Source of the DNA: Spirogloea muscicola
Taxonomy: Eukaryota
Direction: 5' to 3'
Length of the DNA: 62,231 nucleotides
Assembly: GCA_009602725.1 (NCBI GenBank)
Contig: WELB01000021.1
Span: forward strand, 103,214-165,444
Shown: one piece after another, positions 1 through 13,217 of the stretch
How positions within the stretch are numbered: position 1 is the first letter of the stretch
Layout of the letters: each line of letters begins with the position of its first letter
Notes under the pieces: model-generated
What the model saw: only the letters and a program-made list of their open reading frames with translations
Told to the model about the DNA's origin: nothing
The model's database searches: none
Translations under genes and position numbers: made by a program

Positions 1-2408
1 CCCCCCCCGGCCCGCCCCCGTACGGCGCGTTGCCGACGTCACCCGCTTGACGCGACGAAACCGCGGCCCCTCAAGCGTCGTCCTGTCGCCGTTCTGTGCC
101 GAAGTCGGCCCAGTGTGTTCACTTTCAACGACGTTTGGGCCCCTCCCACGGCCCGAGGGCCCGCTCCGCCACGTGCCGGCCGCTGAGCCGCGCCGCGACA
201 GGTTCTTCCACGTGGCAGAACGGCCGCCAAGCGCCGGTCCCGGCCCCCTCTGAGCCACAAGCTCCCCCCCGGCCGCCAGAAAGACGACGGTAAGCTGACG
301 GCGTCGCGGGGGTGTAGTGGGCCATTCACGGTTGCTCCTCTGGTCACCAATGGGGCGGGGCGCGGCAGCTGCTGGCGGCAGAGGCGTTGCTATTTCCAGC
401 AGCGGGGGGGACCGTTGGGCTGCCCCACGACCCCCCACGTTCGGGCGGCAACCCTGATCCACCCACTGCGCTGCCGCTGCCGCTCCCGCGGGCGCAGGGC
501 CAAGAGCTTGGGCGGCGGCGGGCGGCGACGCCTTGCCACCCCACGTTGGCCACCCCGCGCGCCCCCAATGGGGCAGCCAGGCCCCTTGCGCCTCGCGTCG
601 CCGCTGGGCTGCCATCCCATTACTTGGACATTGACAAGGTCCAAACGGGCCGAAAAGCGCGGGGCCCGCCAAGCGCAACTATATCGGGCTTGCTGTTCAT
701 AGCCCTTTTGCGAGAGCCACTTTCCTCGCTGCCTCGCCTCCGTCTGGGGCGCACTCTTCCGGTGGAGGTCTTTCTCCGATTCTCAGATTTCCCTCCGTCC
801 TTCTTACAAGCGGCGTGCTGGCTTGCTTGGTCTCCCTCTCATTCCACGCGCACCCCGCGCCTTTCTCTCCGTTGCACGGACTCTGCAGGTTTGCCTCCAT
901 CTCTCGCGGCCATAAGCGAGCAGCCATCCGCTTTGAAGTAGCTGCCAGTGTGGCGATTGCGACATTGACAATGCAATTTCTCCCTGCCCAGCTATGCTCT
1001 AGATGAAGACATGTCAGAGCGACTGCGACACTAATACACTTTCCCTGCCCAGCTTCGCTCGACATCAGGCCATTTCCCATTGAGCGATCTGCTTCTCTGT
1101 TCTAAGCAGTTGACAGCTCGCTTAGCGACCATTCCAAGAAGAGCTTGCGACCTGACTATCAGCACAAAGTGAGAATCCACAGGGAGACCCCTCACAGCAG
1201 ATTTGACCTCAACAAGCGATAGTTGAAGATTTCAACTTCTAAGGTCACCGCCTGCACTGTACGTGTAGAAGCCAGCTGGAGAAAGCTCTGTCCTAGACCA
1301 CTACTGCTGACACGAGGGTACTAAGAGCGCCCTGTCTACCTAGCCTGTGGCTCCGTCATGAACACCTGTATGCATCTGGCTGGCCTTCTACAACCACTCT
1401 TGTGATATCAGCAGCCGCATTCCAAAGTAAGTGGCTGCCACAGAGCAGCCGCACTTTGTCACGGGGTTGCCTCAGGCTAATACAGTACAGTACAAGCTCA
1501 CATTCCAGGACCTGACCAGCATAATCTGCAAGTGACTTGGCCAGCCTCACAAGCTGGTCACTTCAAGGTGTCTAGCAGCTTGTTGATAATGAGAGCTCAT
1601 TATCAACAAGGCAAAGTGTGATGCCAACAAGATAAGGTGGTAAAGACCACAATCAAACAGGAATCGTTGGCAGTTGACAGGCTGGGTAGCAACAGGGCTC
1701 TGCACAAGATAACCAGATTTGGAAGTCGTTGCTCTGAGTACATCAAAGCAGTTTCGTAGTGAATCATCCAACAGAAATGTCTCATCCCTCCAGGTAGGGA
1801 AAGATGTGCAGGTAGTAATTGACTAAAAGAGAGATGAGTGAAAAGTGGGGTAAAGGTCAAGTGACGGGTGTGACAAGCCCTTTACATGCACACCTCATGC
1901 AGAGGTGTGAAGTGTGAATACAAAGGCCAAGTCCTCCGCGTCCATATATCAGCGAGCCTATGAGTTGGGGCCAGGGTAGCTAATAGAGAATTGTGCCACA
2001 GTATCTACCGAGTCATCCATAGGCTGGAACGGGTAGAGGCTCTGGCAACCTTCTCAAGCTGTACTTGTAGACATGCTAAGCAGGGTTCCTTGAGTATGCC
2101 AGCACCGTGCAGGAGCCACTGCCTAAATGAATGACTGAAGCTTCAAGAGGGGAGATTTTAGCTCTCCACTGAGGAGTTCTCTGGCAATGACTTGCATGCA
2201 CATACCCTGACATGCCTGCGCAAAACATTTGTGCAATCAGCTCAAAGGTCTGACTAACATCCTCAACATATACTCTTAGAGTCGCCCAGCGCGCAGAGAT
2301 GCCAAAGTGATACTGGCATGGCGTTTAAACGTATGAACACACTTGTCACATGTGCAATCTCACAAAGTTTAAGTACTGCCAGCTCTTAACTCACCAGGAG
2401 TGGCCTGA

Positions 2409-3545
2409 CTATCGGCGGCTGGAACCACTGGAACCAGGCTGCAGAGCACCCTCAAGGAGAAGCGCGCATTGCCGTGCAAATAGCGCAGCCTTGCTTGCAT
2501 TCTCCAGCTGTGTCAGGTAGCTTATTGCATTGTCCAGCACAGCCTCTACATCATTTTCCTGCATGGCGGACAACCAGCAACCATCAGCAAGAAAGATATA
2601 ACAGGGGGAGAATAACAGCAACAGCGACATGATATCACGATGATATCACGATGACAGGCCAACCACATGATCCATCCACCAGATCTGTCTAGCGAGGTTG
2701 CGGTAATAGCACTATTGACTAGCTAGCACCATTGACTAGCATGGGCCTGGGATAAGGATGTGGGTGTTTTGCCACTTCAAGCACTCACTTCTTCCGACTC
2801 CGGCATCACTGTCCTGAGTTTCTTCATAGTCCCAGTGAGATGCTCAGCAATCTCTGCAGCCCGCTTGGAACCCACTACCGTGCCTCCTGCCCCTGACTCC
2901 TGCATCTGCTCTTCCACCACGGCTACGAAGTCTTCCCAGCCATCGCTGGCTTCGTGAAGCGTCCCCTCAAGAGCCTTGTCTCCTGGTTCGGCAACCGACA
3001 GATCGAACTCGTCGAGCTGCTCGTCAATTTCGCTGTCACCATCCTCAGCACATGGCCATTGAGGTGGGCAGCTCTTGGAAGGCGTGGGCGGGCCATCACA
3101 GGGCTGGGGGTTGTGTGAGGACATATCTGCAAGAAGAAGTGGGCAGCATGCGCTCAATGGCCTTGCTCAGCGCATCGTGCGCTCTAAAGCAACCATGGTA
3201 ACAGATTATAAGCTCCATGAGCCCAGGGCAAGGCTGAGCGACAGCATGCAGGAAGCTGCAACGGGACCACGTCTGCAGGAGGCTGGCAGATAGAGAGCTC
3301 TGCAAGGCGGGCGAGAGCTGGCAGAGCAGCTCACCATCAGCCGCGGCGCTCTCGATGGACGCGGAGGGGCGCTCGGCTGCGTGGTCGACGTCGCCCGCCC
3401 GCAGCTGCTGGCGCTTCGGCCCTCGGTGGAGCTGCTGGTGCAGGAACATGGCGTGCAGGGAGGACTTAGCGACGCGGGCGTAGGGGCCGGCGAGCGCCGG
3501 CGCCGCCGCGGCGGCGGCGTCGGCGGCGGCGGCCTGGAGCGTCAT
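2409..3545 (-). CDS. Atypical bHLH protein, SAC51/SACL-like; 3 exons (~3545-3335, 3126-2789, 2558-2409)
   Basis: GT-AG junctions join in frame. The C-terminal TMKKLRTVMPESEE|ENDVEAVLDNAISYLTQLE matches the HLH pattern L..L..++P...D...+LD.AI.Y+..L. An acidic EDGDSEIDEQLDEFD patch precedes it. No canonical basic ExxRR motif. Confidence 0.55.
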
Positions 3546-3633
3546 GGCTGGCGGGGCGAGGCGAAGCGGGCGCTGAAGGACTGGACGACGGATGGGGATG
3601 AGGGGTCTGACAAGAGGGAGAGTGGTGGGATAG

Positions 3634-3974
3634 NNNNNNNNNNNNNNNNNNNNNNNNNNNNNNNNNNNNNNNNNNNNNNNNNNNNNNNNNNNNNNNNNNN
3701 NNNNNNNNNNNNNNNNNNNNNNNNNNNNNNNNNNNNNNNNNNNNNNNNNNNNNNNNNNNNNNNNNNNNNNNNNNNNNNNNNNNNNNNNNNNNNNNNNNNN
3801 NNNNNNNNNNNNNNNNNNNNNNNNNNNNNNNNNNNNNNNNNNNNNNNNNNNNNNNNNNNNNNNNNNNNNNNNNNNNNNNNNNNNNNNNNNNNNNNNNNNN
3901 NNNNNNNNNNNNNNNNNNNNNNNNNNNNNNNNNNNNNNNNNNNNNNNNNNNNNNNNNNNNNNNNNNNNNNNNNN
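3634..3974. other. Assembly gap (others at 13219-13865, 41199-41671, 45125-45438)
   Basis: Runs of N. Confidence 1.
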
Positions 3975-4119
3975 GGGCGGACCCCCCACGTCGCGCCGCC
4001 GTGGCCGTCACGCCGCAGGGGCGCGACGTACCTCCCGCGGCTGGGCCGCGACGGCGCGCCGTGGAGGCCCCGCACCCCTCGCCCCCCCTCCTGCTACACG
4101 CCATTCGGGTACCCCTGAT

Positions 4120-4450
4120 TATTCACCTGGCCTCCCACAGCCCCTTTTCCGGCCCCTCCGACATTTGTTCATCCATTTATCTGGGCTGGCCGATCACAGC
4201 CATCGCCCTCTACTGGAAGACTATCTTTTGGCTTGGCCCATCACTGCCATCGCTCTCTACTGGAGAGGATGACGCTTCCACCGGAAGAGTCTCTCTGTAA
4301 CAGCCGCAGCCTTTCCACTGGGAGAGCTATTTCCGTGAAAGCGCTGCTTCCTTTCATTTTTTCACAGCATCGGACCTTGCCATTCCTTTGTGGACTGGCC
4401 TCTTGTTCTTTTGTGGGCTGGCTTGTCACGACCGTCTTGAGAAGGCTGCT
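4120..4450 (+). repeat. Stacked copies of the dispersed GGGCTGGC..TCACAGCC unit (retroelement 3'-UTR remnants)
   Basis: ctgggctggccgatcacagccatcgccctctactggaaga (~4181-4220) and similar units at ~4230 and ~4410. The same sequence occurs on the minus strand at 20245-20285 and 38305-38340. Confidence 0.75.
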
Positions 4451-5359
4451 TCTTGCCATCGCCGCCTGGGAACGAGCTTCTCCTTCTTTCTGCTGCGCAC
4501 CGCGCGCCTTCTTCTCTCGCACTGCCCCTCTCTGCTCTGAGTAGACCTCCTACCTGTATGACGGGGGGAAGGCGCGCCGAGCGCATGATATGAAAGGGAG
4601 GCCAATTCAAGCCAACACATATAACGTATTAGTCACTTTGGCCTCTTCCCTGTCACGTTATACACAATGCACATACACAATGCACGCCTTCTCTCCTCAT
4701 GCGCACCGCGCGCCTTCTCGCTTGCCGCCTTGCCAGGCCCTGCCCGGGCCGCCTGTCTGCCCGTTTGACCGCCGCCTTGCCAGTGAGCGACCGACGGCCC
4801 CCGGTGGCGCGGAGCGGCTCGCGCTGCTTGTCGCGGCCGCCTCCGAGCCGCCCGGCGCTAGCCCCTTCCCCGTCGCTTCCCCGTTCCCAGCACACCAGTC
4901 AATCTGGCCGCGCTTCCTTTCCCCAGGCGTCTCCCTCTCCTTGGTGCTGCGACTGAAGTCCCCTTCAACGCACCGCGCGCCTTCTCTCGTCAACGGACTT
5001 CCGCACTATCACTGCGCCCCCCCTTACTTAGGCTTCGCTTTTTCTGGCCCCATTCAATGCACTATCTTTTTGGCCTGATCATTGTACTGGCTTATGCTGG
5101 TCCTCCCCTACTGGCGCCCTGCCCTCTATGGGCGCGCACTTCCGTGAACCGTCGCCCTCTTCGCATATCGGATCCCACCCCTGGTCAGTGGGCACTATTT
5201 TGTACGTCCTTCTCTACGGCTGTCACCAGGGGCTACTGGCCATCCGCGTTAGCCACTTGTTCTGGAACTTGCTTTGAGCCTTCATGTCGGGGCTTCCCCT
5301 GTCATGCGTCTCCCTCCCCTCGGTGCTCAGGCTGCTTGTCGGATCTTGTCAATTTAGCC

Positions 5360-6190
5360 CTTCGGCCCTTGACAATTCTTTGTCTCTTTTCTCTACTCAG
5401 TCTCGTTCCAGCGCTTCCTGGCTCACGCAGTCCACACGCGAGCAGGCCGCGCCTTGGCTGCTGCATCTGGGTCTCGGTGGAGTGCCTCTTTCCCAGCTGC
5501 GAGTTACTCAGACTTGCTGCTGCTCACCCGTCAAACTGAGCTTTCCTTTGCGTCGTCTCGTGTCTAGCTGTGTAGCTTTCCGTTTTGGCACCTCTTCTGA
5601 CTCTTCGGATTTTGTCCATTCTGGCTGGCTTTGCCAGCCCTTCTTCTCTATGGGCGAGCAATTCTCACGGGCTGTCGTTTCACAGCCCTAGCCCCCTTCT
5701 CAGAGCCTTTTCCGTCACTGGGCTGCGCCCGCTGCCCTCTTGAAGAGGCCCTGGCCTTGTCGTGCTTCTTGTCTTCTGTTTCTTGCTGCAATCATTGAAC
5801 TAGCATTCTCACAAGTTCTGGCTGCTCTCTGCTGCGCTGGCCTTAATTTCTTGGCGTGATTCTGTCCCAGTTCTTGTGGGCTGGTTGCCATCACAGCCAC
5901 TGTGCTGTGGGAGGAGTCACGTCTACTAAATGCCCCATTGCCCGCTGGATGGGAGCTCGCAAGTTGTGCGTCTCTTGCCTTCTGCTGTGAGTGGGCGGTT
6001 TGGACTGGCAACCCTTGTCCAAGTCTTGTCCATTCTATCATGGCTGGCTCCTCACAGCCACCTGGGTCCTTTTTACGTGAGCCATAGTCCTCTCTGCAAA
6101 GAAGCTCTCCTTCACCCAACTCGCACCCGGAGCCCACTTCTTGAGTTGTTCTGGCTCGCTTCTCACAGGCACCACCCAGTGGGAGGCCAC
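5360..6190 (+). repeat. Degenerate cluster of the same unit
   Basis: ttgtccattctggctggctttgccagccc (~5612), gggctgtcgtttcacagccc (~5670), gggctggttgccatcacagcc (~5878), ttgtccattctatcatggctggctcctcacagcc (~6026). Confidence 0.65.
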
Positions 6191-6874
6191 GTCGATTTGT
6201 GCCATATCCTGGCATAAGGTCCCAGGTAGGACAGGCTGCTAGAAGGACAAGGGTTTAACGGAGGGGTCCGAGGACAAAGTTGGGGTATTGAGATGATGGG
6301 AGACCGAAGTTGCCGAGTACAACGGCAAGCACATCATGACGTACATTACACACTGCAAATAAGGGGAGGAGCTCACTCCACGCTCACCCCTTTGCACGGG
6401 CTCCCTGCATATACCTATGTCTTGGGCTACTGGTACTTAAAGGTAACTAGTTGTATACCGTCTCACTGACGGTCTCCGACAATGGTCCGTCAACGGCTCA
6501 TGCGCTCTAGCAGCGGTCTACTGTCCACGGTCGACGTCAAAGTTTTATGTCATTTGTCGATTTCAACGTAAACAACAAAAAAGAGTCACCGTGGACGGTG
6601 GTCTCTACAGCAATCGCCTTGCATCGCCGTTTCCAGCGGCGCCAGCATCATGCTCTTTTGCCCTTTGTCTCAACATCGTGCCGTTTTCCGCTCGAGGAAG
6701 CAGACTGATGTCCGGTCGTTGGCCTGGTGAGGTGCCTAGTCTCTCAGGCATCTGTCAAGCCATCTTTGACATGCTTAAGCTGCAAAGACTTGACACGAGC
6801 TGTCACTTCTCGATCAGATTAGCTCGGGCGGGCGGTGAACAGGAGGCAATCTGAGAAAGGAAACTGTGGCTTGG

Positions 6875-7505
6875 CCGGCCTGACAGGGCGGTTCCGATTG
6901 ATGTCAGATACAATCTACAGACAGTCACCACCATACCTGAAAGCCACAGAATCCCGGATTCTCCGTTGGCCATCCCCTTTCCTCTGGCTTTCGTCAAGGG
7001 ATATGTATTCCGGCAGCTAGTCTGTCGGATTTGAGGCTCCTCACTCGTATTTATTAACTGACTCAATTTACATCAATTTACACCAGTTCTGACAGCGCAT
7101 TTGGCCCCTTCGTAGTTTGGCCCTCCCTTCGAACCTTGTCAATTCTTTTAGGGCTGGCTTATCACAGCCCTTGCCCCCATTGGGAGAGCCACTTCTCTTT
7201 CCCTTCCGGGCTGGCCTTACAGCCATCGCCCCCTTCGAAAATTGAAGGCCACGAAGAAGTGGCTCTCCCAATGGGGGCAAGGGCTGTGAAAAGCCAGCCC
7301 GAAAAGAATTGACAAAGGTTTGAAGGGGACAAATGACCAAGGGACCTAAAGCGCTATGTCAGAACGGGTGTAGGATGGACCTCTCAGTAGCTACGAGTGA
7401 GGAGCCTCAAATCCGACGAAGGTTCCGGGTTTCTGTGGCTTTCCGACATGGTGACTGACAATAAGATTGCATCTGACATCAAACGGAACAGCCCTGTCAG
7501 GCCCG
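6875..7505. mobile_element. Tail-to-tail inverted pair of non-LTR retroelement 3' ends, forming a ~630-bp imperfect palindrome
   Basis: 6875-6960 is the reverse complement of ~7415-7505; 7024-7049 of 7392-7417; 7080-7196 of 7255-7372. Each arm encodes (L/S)SDLRLLTR(I/S)Y* followed by the GGGCTG-N8-CAGCCC unit. Confidence 0.8.
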
Positions 7506-7669
7506 CCCTGCCCCACTTTTCACCTGACGGACGTCGTCGTTGCGTCGCGCTCGGCTGCCTTGACCAGCTTGCGCTTGCCACTTGATTCGGCCACGCTGTG
7601 AAAGCGTCTATTATAATTCTCTGGCTTCGTCTGCTGCCCACTTTCATTCTGGAATTCGTCGAGGACTTT

Positions 7670-7940
7670 CTTTCCCTTGTTCATTTCTTTGGGCTACATT
7701 CTCACACGACTGTTTCAGATACACGAAATTTCTCACAGCCATTGCCTTACATTGAAAGAGCTGTTTATTTATACAGCTGTAAGTTACTCCGACTTGCGGC
7801 TGCTGACCAGGTGTTAGTGAGCTCCCATTTGTTGTAGCCACTTGCATAGCAGTGTGCTTTTAGCGCCTTTGACAAATGGACCTTGTGCATTTTATGGCTG
7901 GCTTTGCACAGCCCTCAACCTCTTTTGCGAGAGGAATTTT
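7670..7940 (+). repeat. Further degenerate 3'-UTR units
   Basis: tctcacagccattgccttacattgaaagagct (~7731) and ccttgtgcattttatggctggctttgcacagccc (~7881). Confidence 0.6.
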
Positions 7941-9893
7941 CTTCGCATGACTTTTTTTTGATAGTGTTGGAAATGCGGGTCTAGTAACAGGCGATCTGCA
8001 ACAGCGGCCCAGTTCCTAATGTCAAGGTCATTGAGTTTCACCGACGCTCTCTACTGCTTATCTGCTAGCTGAGGCCGTCACAGCACAGATGGTGGCGGAG
8101 TGTGCGTCCAAGCCAGCCGTAGACCTGTTAGGCCAATGACACCTACAGCTGCAATGCAGCTACGAAACCCCTTGCCCACCGCGGTGCTTGCCCAGCGGCA
8201 CCGCTAAGTAGTGAGCGCCCTTCCATGTTCGAACTCGCTCGCCCATGCATACTGCTGCTGTATGCTGCAACTGCTGCACCGCTAAGTAGTGTTGCAACTT
8301 CATGCTTTGATTCCTGAGCGGTTGCCCCAGGCATTTGTTGTGGATTTGTATCCTGTCTTATGTCAGGCTGGTGTCCTGCAGCCAGTTTGTTTGTATACTC
8401 ATCTACTGCCACTCCCTGGTTTCCTGCTTCGGCCTCTGCTGACGCCGTGCTGCCTTACCCTTCTCAATCACCTCTTGGGCTGGCCAATCATAGTATAGGA
8501 GCTTGCACCCTTTTTCAATTTGGGTGGCCAATGTATGGACTGCTGCACTGAAAGGCATCAATGCTTTGACAATCTGAATCATGCGCTGGCCGTATACAGC
8601 CTCTCCTCTGGCCGCTTGGAGGAGCCCTATCTTCTTCACGCCTATCATCTCTCATCCAGACCTGACTTTACGGCCACATTTCAGCGTTAACAGTATTCAC
8701 TATTCACTATTCTGCCTGCTAGGCAAAGGTGAGGCAGTTGACTGCAACGCTGTCTTGCAGGTCCTTGGGCAGGGCAGGTGTCCACGTTCTGGCCGTCGAG
8801 CCCAGCCAATATGCCTCGCTGCCACAGAAGCTGCTGCTTCAACGTCAACCTCACAGAACTTATAGCATTAGTCTTACTGCTTCTAAAGTAAGGAAACCAC
8901 CTACCCCCTTTCCTACTTGGTTTGTACAATAGCTTGATTTGGCCTCCCTTTACATCTCATTCGCACCTGTGGCTTCTCCCTTGCAGCTACCTTGAATCCC
9001 CTTCTAAGCAACTTCTTACCAAGTAAACTTGAAAAGAGCAGCTTGCGGCTTTGCTGGAACACCTGGGCTTATGTTCGGAAAATATGAGGGTTGACTGGCA
9101 GGGGGGGTGGAACACCTGCACATTTGCTGGAACCACTTGTCTGCACATGACAGTAGGTGCGTAAAAGCCACCACCTAACCAAAGCCTACGCAGCTCAAGG
9201 AGTTGTTCTCGGGCTGTGGGTCACTGTGAGCTACACTTCTCACCTGTTATACAACCATGGGTCCAACATAGCCTAATGTTGGGCTGCCAAACTGGCTAGT
9301 GCAGTCTTTTGGCTTTGGCAGTAGCACCATGCCAATAACGACAGGTGAAAGGACTTGCACTGTACAACCAGGTAGCCAAGCCTAACAAATGCTCCTCGTC
9401 TAAAAGGGCAAGTGACGGGCATTAGGATCCCCGAAATGGTTGCTGGCAGCAGCAAGACGACCTCTTCCAAAAGAAGGTCTGGGGTAGATGCACTTTGCGC
9501 GCAATACCCAGGTCATATCATTTGTACAATTGCCAAGCTGACCTCAGCCGAAGGATGTTGATGCCAGCACAGGCTCTTGGTCAAGCTGGTGCAATCTCAA
9601 TGCCCTCAGCATGCACTTTCGCAGCTCTTGACAGCTAGCTTTGCCAGCATGGGCTCCCCAGCGGCAGCAGAATGACAACATGGGCACACAGCCTAGCTAC
9701 ATGGTGGAGATGAGGCAGGAAAAGGCTGTAGGTCAGAAGAGTTCGTGCCTGCGCCTTAACTATTTGCTACCTGTCCCTACGTTTCTGCGTTCTCGTCACC
9801 AATTGGGATGACAGGGGCAAGCAAGAAACAGCAGTGCCACCGACTGTTACACTGCCCGATCATGTAGCCCCACTGCCATTGCCACACGACCGA

Positions 9894-12800
9894 TCATGTA
9901 GCCCCACTGCCTCTCATAGGAGCAGCAGGGCCCTGGTTCCGCCCACCGCCACTCCGACCGTCAGACCGCATATAACCAGGACTGCCTCCATACCCGCCAT
10001 GGCCACTACCGTAATATCCTCCCCCTCCAGCACCATATCCGCCGGTGCCGCCGCCGCCGCCACCGCTGCCGCCGCCGCCGCCACTGCCATAGCCGCCTCC
10101 ACCGCGGTAGCCACCCCTGCGGCCCCCCCGGCCTCCTCTGCCACCCCGGCCTGACCGCATGGGCACATTGCCGAATGTCTGCGACATGCACAGCATAATG
10201 CCGATCAGCTGGCTGCGTTAACATACATGAACAATTGCAAAGAATGAGAGATTGTCTGCATAAGCAGTCTGCTGAGCACCCCTCTTCAGACTCCAATTTG
10301 CTTCCTGCAGCAGGGAAAGCAAAGTCTTGCTAAACGAAGCCCCTACAAAGATCACCAGCCCAACATCTCAAGCTGACATATCAATAAGTTGCAATGTTGT
10401 TACTGCAGAATGACCATCAATATGTCACTGCTCTCAAGGACAACATACCTCAGTGTCAATCTTGCGCTGCTCAGAGAAGCGCATGCGTACGCCTCCTCCT
10501 CGGCCTCCTGAGCGATCAAGCGAGTCGCACGAGATAGCATCGAAGAAGTCGTCCTTCACATACAAGGGCGTCGGCACCTGCGCAATCAGATACTCAATCG
10601 GTCAGGCATCGTGTAGAGTATCTCACAGTTGTGCTGTGCCCAACTTTGATTAAGGGTGAGGGCGGCCAGGAGGTGTTACCACCAGCCTGAACACTGCGAA
10701 CAACGGATGCGCACAATCGAGTTACCAGCAACTGGGTCCACAATAGCGGTCACAGTGCCTGGCAATATGGGCCGCAGGACCAAGGACACAACAGATGGAG
10801 CCGTGGCAGGCATGCCTCTCACCTTCTTGTCCTCAGCAACCTCAGTGCCCTCCTCCAGGCCTCCCACCGCTCCAGGCTCCCCCTCCTTAAGAGCAGCACC
10901 ATCACTGGTCACAGCGAGCACGTTGCCATCTGGCACGGCAACGTCCGCGGCAGCGGCAGTCGCGGCAGCAGCGCCATCGTTCTCCTTCTCGCCGGCCTTG
11001 CCACTGCCCTTGCGCTCGTCCTTGTCGGCAGGCCTCCCAGTGCCGCCGCTGCTGCCACCGCCGCCGCCACCGCCGCCACCAAGCTCCCCCCATACCTCGT
11101 CCTTCTTGAACTTCTCATTCATTGCGCTGAAGTCGAAGTCCTCCGTGAAGACCTGTGCCAGCTGCCCAGGCTGCGCAGCAGCCGAGGCCAACAGATCCTC
11201 TGGCACGAGTCAGAGAGCCCCACAAGGCAAGCCCCCATTGGCAGCCTCAGCACAGCAGATGAGCTGCGCGCGCAAGGCGCGCCTGAGCTGCATCACACCT
11301 GCAGTATGCCTCGATTGCCGCCGCGGCCGTGGCCGCCGCCTCCTCGGCGAGCGTACCCCTGCCCACCCCCCATGCCGCCGCCCCCGCCTGGAACGAGGCC
11401 GTTGACAAGGCCGTTGTCTTTGGATGCAGCGGGGCTGCCCACGTTCGCCGCCTGCATGCGGGCCTGGTCGGAGTCGGACCCCAGTCAGGCGTGCCGGCAC
11501 CAAAGATGCCGCGGCCAGCAATTGTAGTCCTTGACGACAGAGGGTACTGTGGCGAGGCACGGGGCAATCTGCCCCCCACTCTATCCTGCTGCAATGGCCA
11601 GCCACTCACCTGCCAAGGGTTGCCGCCAGCACGTCCGCCGCCTGTCGCAGAGGGCTTCTGCGCCGCAGCAACAGCGAGCAGAAGGCCTCATGGCGAAGGC
11701 GAGCATTGGTCTCTAAGGGGCTCGTGACACGGCTATCGTGGCACTGAAACCACTGGGGCTGTGCTCAGACCATGGCCAAGTACAGGCAACTCTTACCTGG
11801 AGCGGCACAACGGGCGCGCTCCCGGGCAGCGGCAACAGCGGTTGCTGCGAGATGTCAAGAGCCGCAGGCGCTGCAGCTGCGTCGGAACCCGCCGGCTGAA
11901 AGGGCAGGCCGGCAGGGGGCGCCGCTGAGGCGGGGCTGACCGAGTGCGCCGCTGAAGGGGCGGCAGCGACGGCTGCCGCTGCAGCAGCCGCAACCAACCC
12001 GGGTGGCGGCCGCCGGCTTCCCCGCGCTGCCGGCGTGATCGCGGCGCTGATGCCTTCCACGGCAGCCGGGGGCCTCGCAGTGGCAGCGGCGGCTGCCGAT
12101 GCTGCAGCTATGTGGCCATGGCTGGGCCGCGCGCTGCTCGACTGCAGCTGGCCGACGGCCTGCGCAGGAGCTGCAGCAGCAGCGGCAGTGGCATCGGCAG
12201 CCGGGGGGGCGGCCGGAGGAGGTGGGCCAGCATAGTAGCCTTGCCAGTAGGCCGCCTGCGGAGCGCCCCAGCCGGCGCTGCCGGGCGGCGGCGGCGGCTG
12301 CTGCTGGTACAAGTGCGACGCTCCTTGGAAGGCTGCTGCTGGCGGCACCGTCCCGAATTGGCGCTGCTGCGCTACTACCTCCGGCGCGTGCCCCCTGGAG
12401 TATGCAGCCGCAGCGGCCGGCTGTGGCGCCGCCGCTGCTGCCACGGCGCTGGGGGCTTGTCCTGCCTGAACACCAGAAGGCTGCGGAGGTGGCGGTGGCG
12501 GCAGTGGAGGCGGCTGCTGCGACTGAGGCGTAGGCTCCTGCAGGCAGCGGCAGAGGCGCGTGGCAACCGCAGACGGGTTTGTGAGCCCAGTGCCGGCACA
12601 AGGCTGGCGCCCAGCATGGATGCGGCGGCGGCGGCGCTTGCCTGGACGGAGATGATGGCCGGGTCGCTGTGGGGCTGCGGCGGCAGAGGCGGCGGAGGCG
12701 GCGGCGGCGGCGGCGCGGACTTGACCTGCAAATCCTGCACTCGCCGGATGCAGTGGCGGCACATCAGACGCCACGAGAATTGCATCAGAAACGGCATGTC

Positions 12801-13110
12801 ATCAATACCAGTGTCCGCTGCAAATGCACAGCAGCAGAATTTGGACATGGCTTTATGCCAAGTGTGGTCGAAGCAGTGTCATAAGATGGTTATGCCTCTT
12901 CGGTGTCTAGGACGCGGCAGCAAAGCCGGCAGGCGCCGTCGGCGGCGCAGACCTTGATGTCGGAGCCGCGGAAGATGATGTAGTCGTACACCTTGTCGCT
13001 GGCGGGGATCTGGGGGCCGTCCTTCTTGCGCCCCTCCGTGCCAAACGACCGCACTGCCGCGGGAGACGAACGGCAGGCGGCGTCTCAAGGCCAAGTGCTC
13101 CGCCGCAGAA

Positions 13111-13151
<41 letters not shown>

Positions 13152-13217
13152 GCGCACCGTTCTGGAGGGCGATGTTGGAGTTCTCGGTGTCGACCGTGTA
13201 CAGCACGCCCTCGTACC
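9894..13217 (-). CDS. DCP5: Decapping 5 / LSM14 (Scd6, RAP55) P-body protein; start codon lies in the gap
   Basis: LSM14 domain [58 protein letters not shown]; Pro/Ala-rich linker; FDF motif ([21 protein letters not shown]); FFD box ([13 protein letters not shown]); TFG box ([14 protein letters not shown]); C-terminal RGG tail. Confidence 0.95.

Noticed and set aside
1..2400. Possible spliced gene on the + strand (donor-like sites near 290 and 638)
   Set aside because: No recognisable domain or consistent exon chain could be built.
4120..6190. CRISPR-like array of repeated units with variable intervening sequence
   Set aside because: Units are degenerate, irregularly spaced, on both strands elsewhere and linked to a retroelement ORF end. 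The context is eukaryotic with no cas genes.
6515..6605. Short imperfect inverted repeat (ctgtccacggt / accgtggacgg) around an AT-rich core
   Set aside because: Too short, with no TSD or second copy to support a MITE call.
7160..7170. CACAG core resembling a RAG/Transib recombination signal heptamer
   Set aside because: No full CACAGTG, no nonamer or fixed spacer; explained by the dyad arm.
9856..9911. 22-bp direct repeat duplicating the DCP5 stop region; similar micro-duplications at ~2629, ~2707, ~36658 and ~37211
   Set aside because: Ordinary slippage duplications with no evident function.
11210..12957. Many overlapping long ORFs antisense or out of frame to DCP5 (likewise over eEF3 and PIE1)
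   Set aside because: Expected shadow ORFs in high-GC, low-complexity coding DNA.
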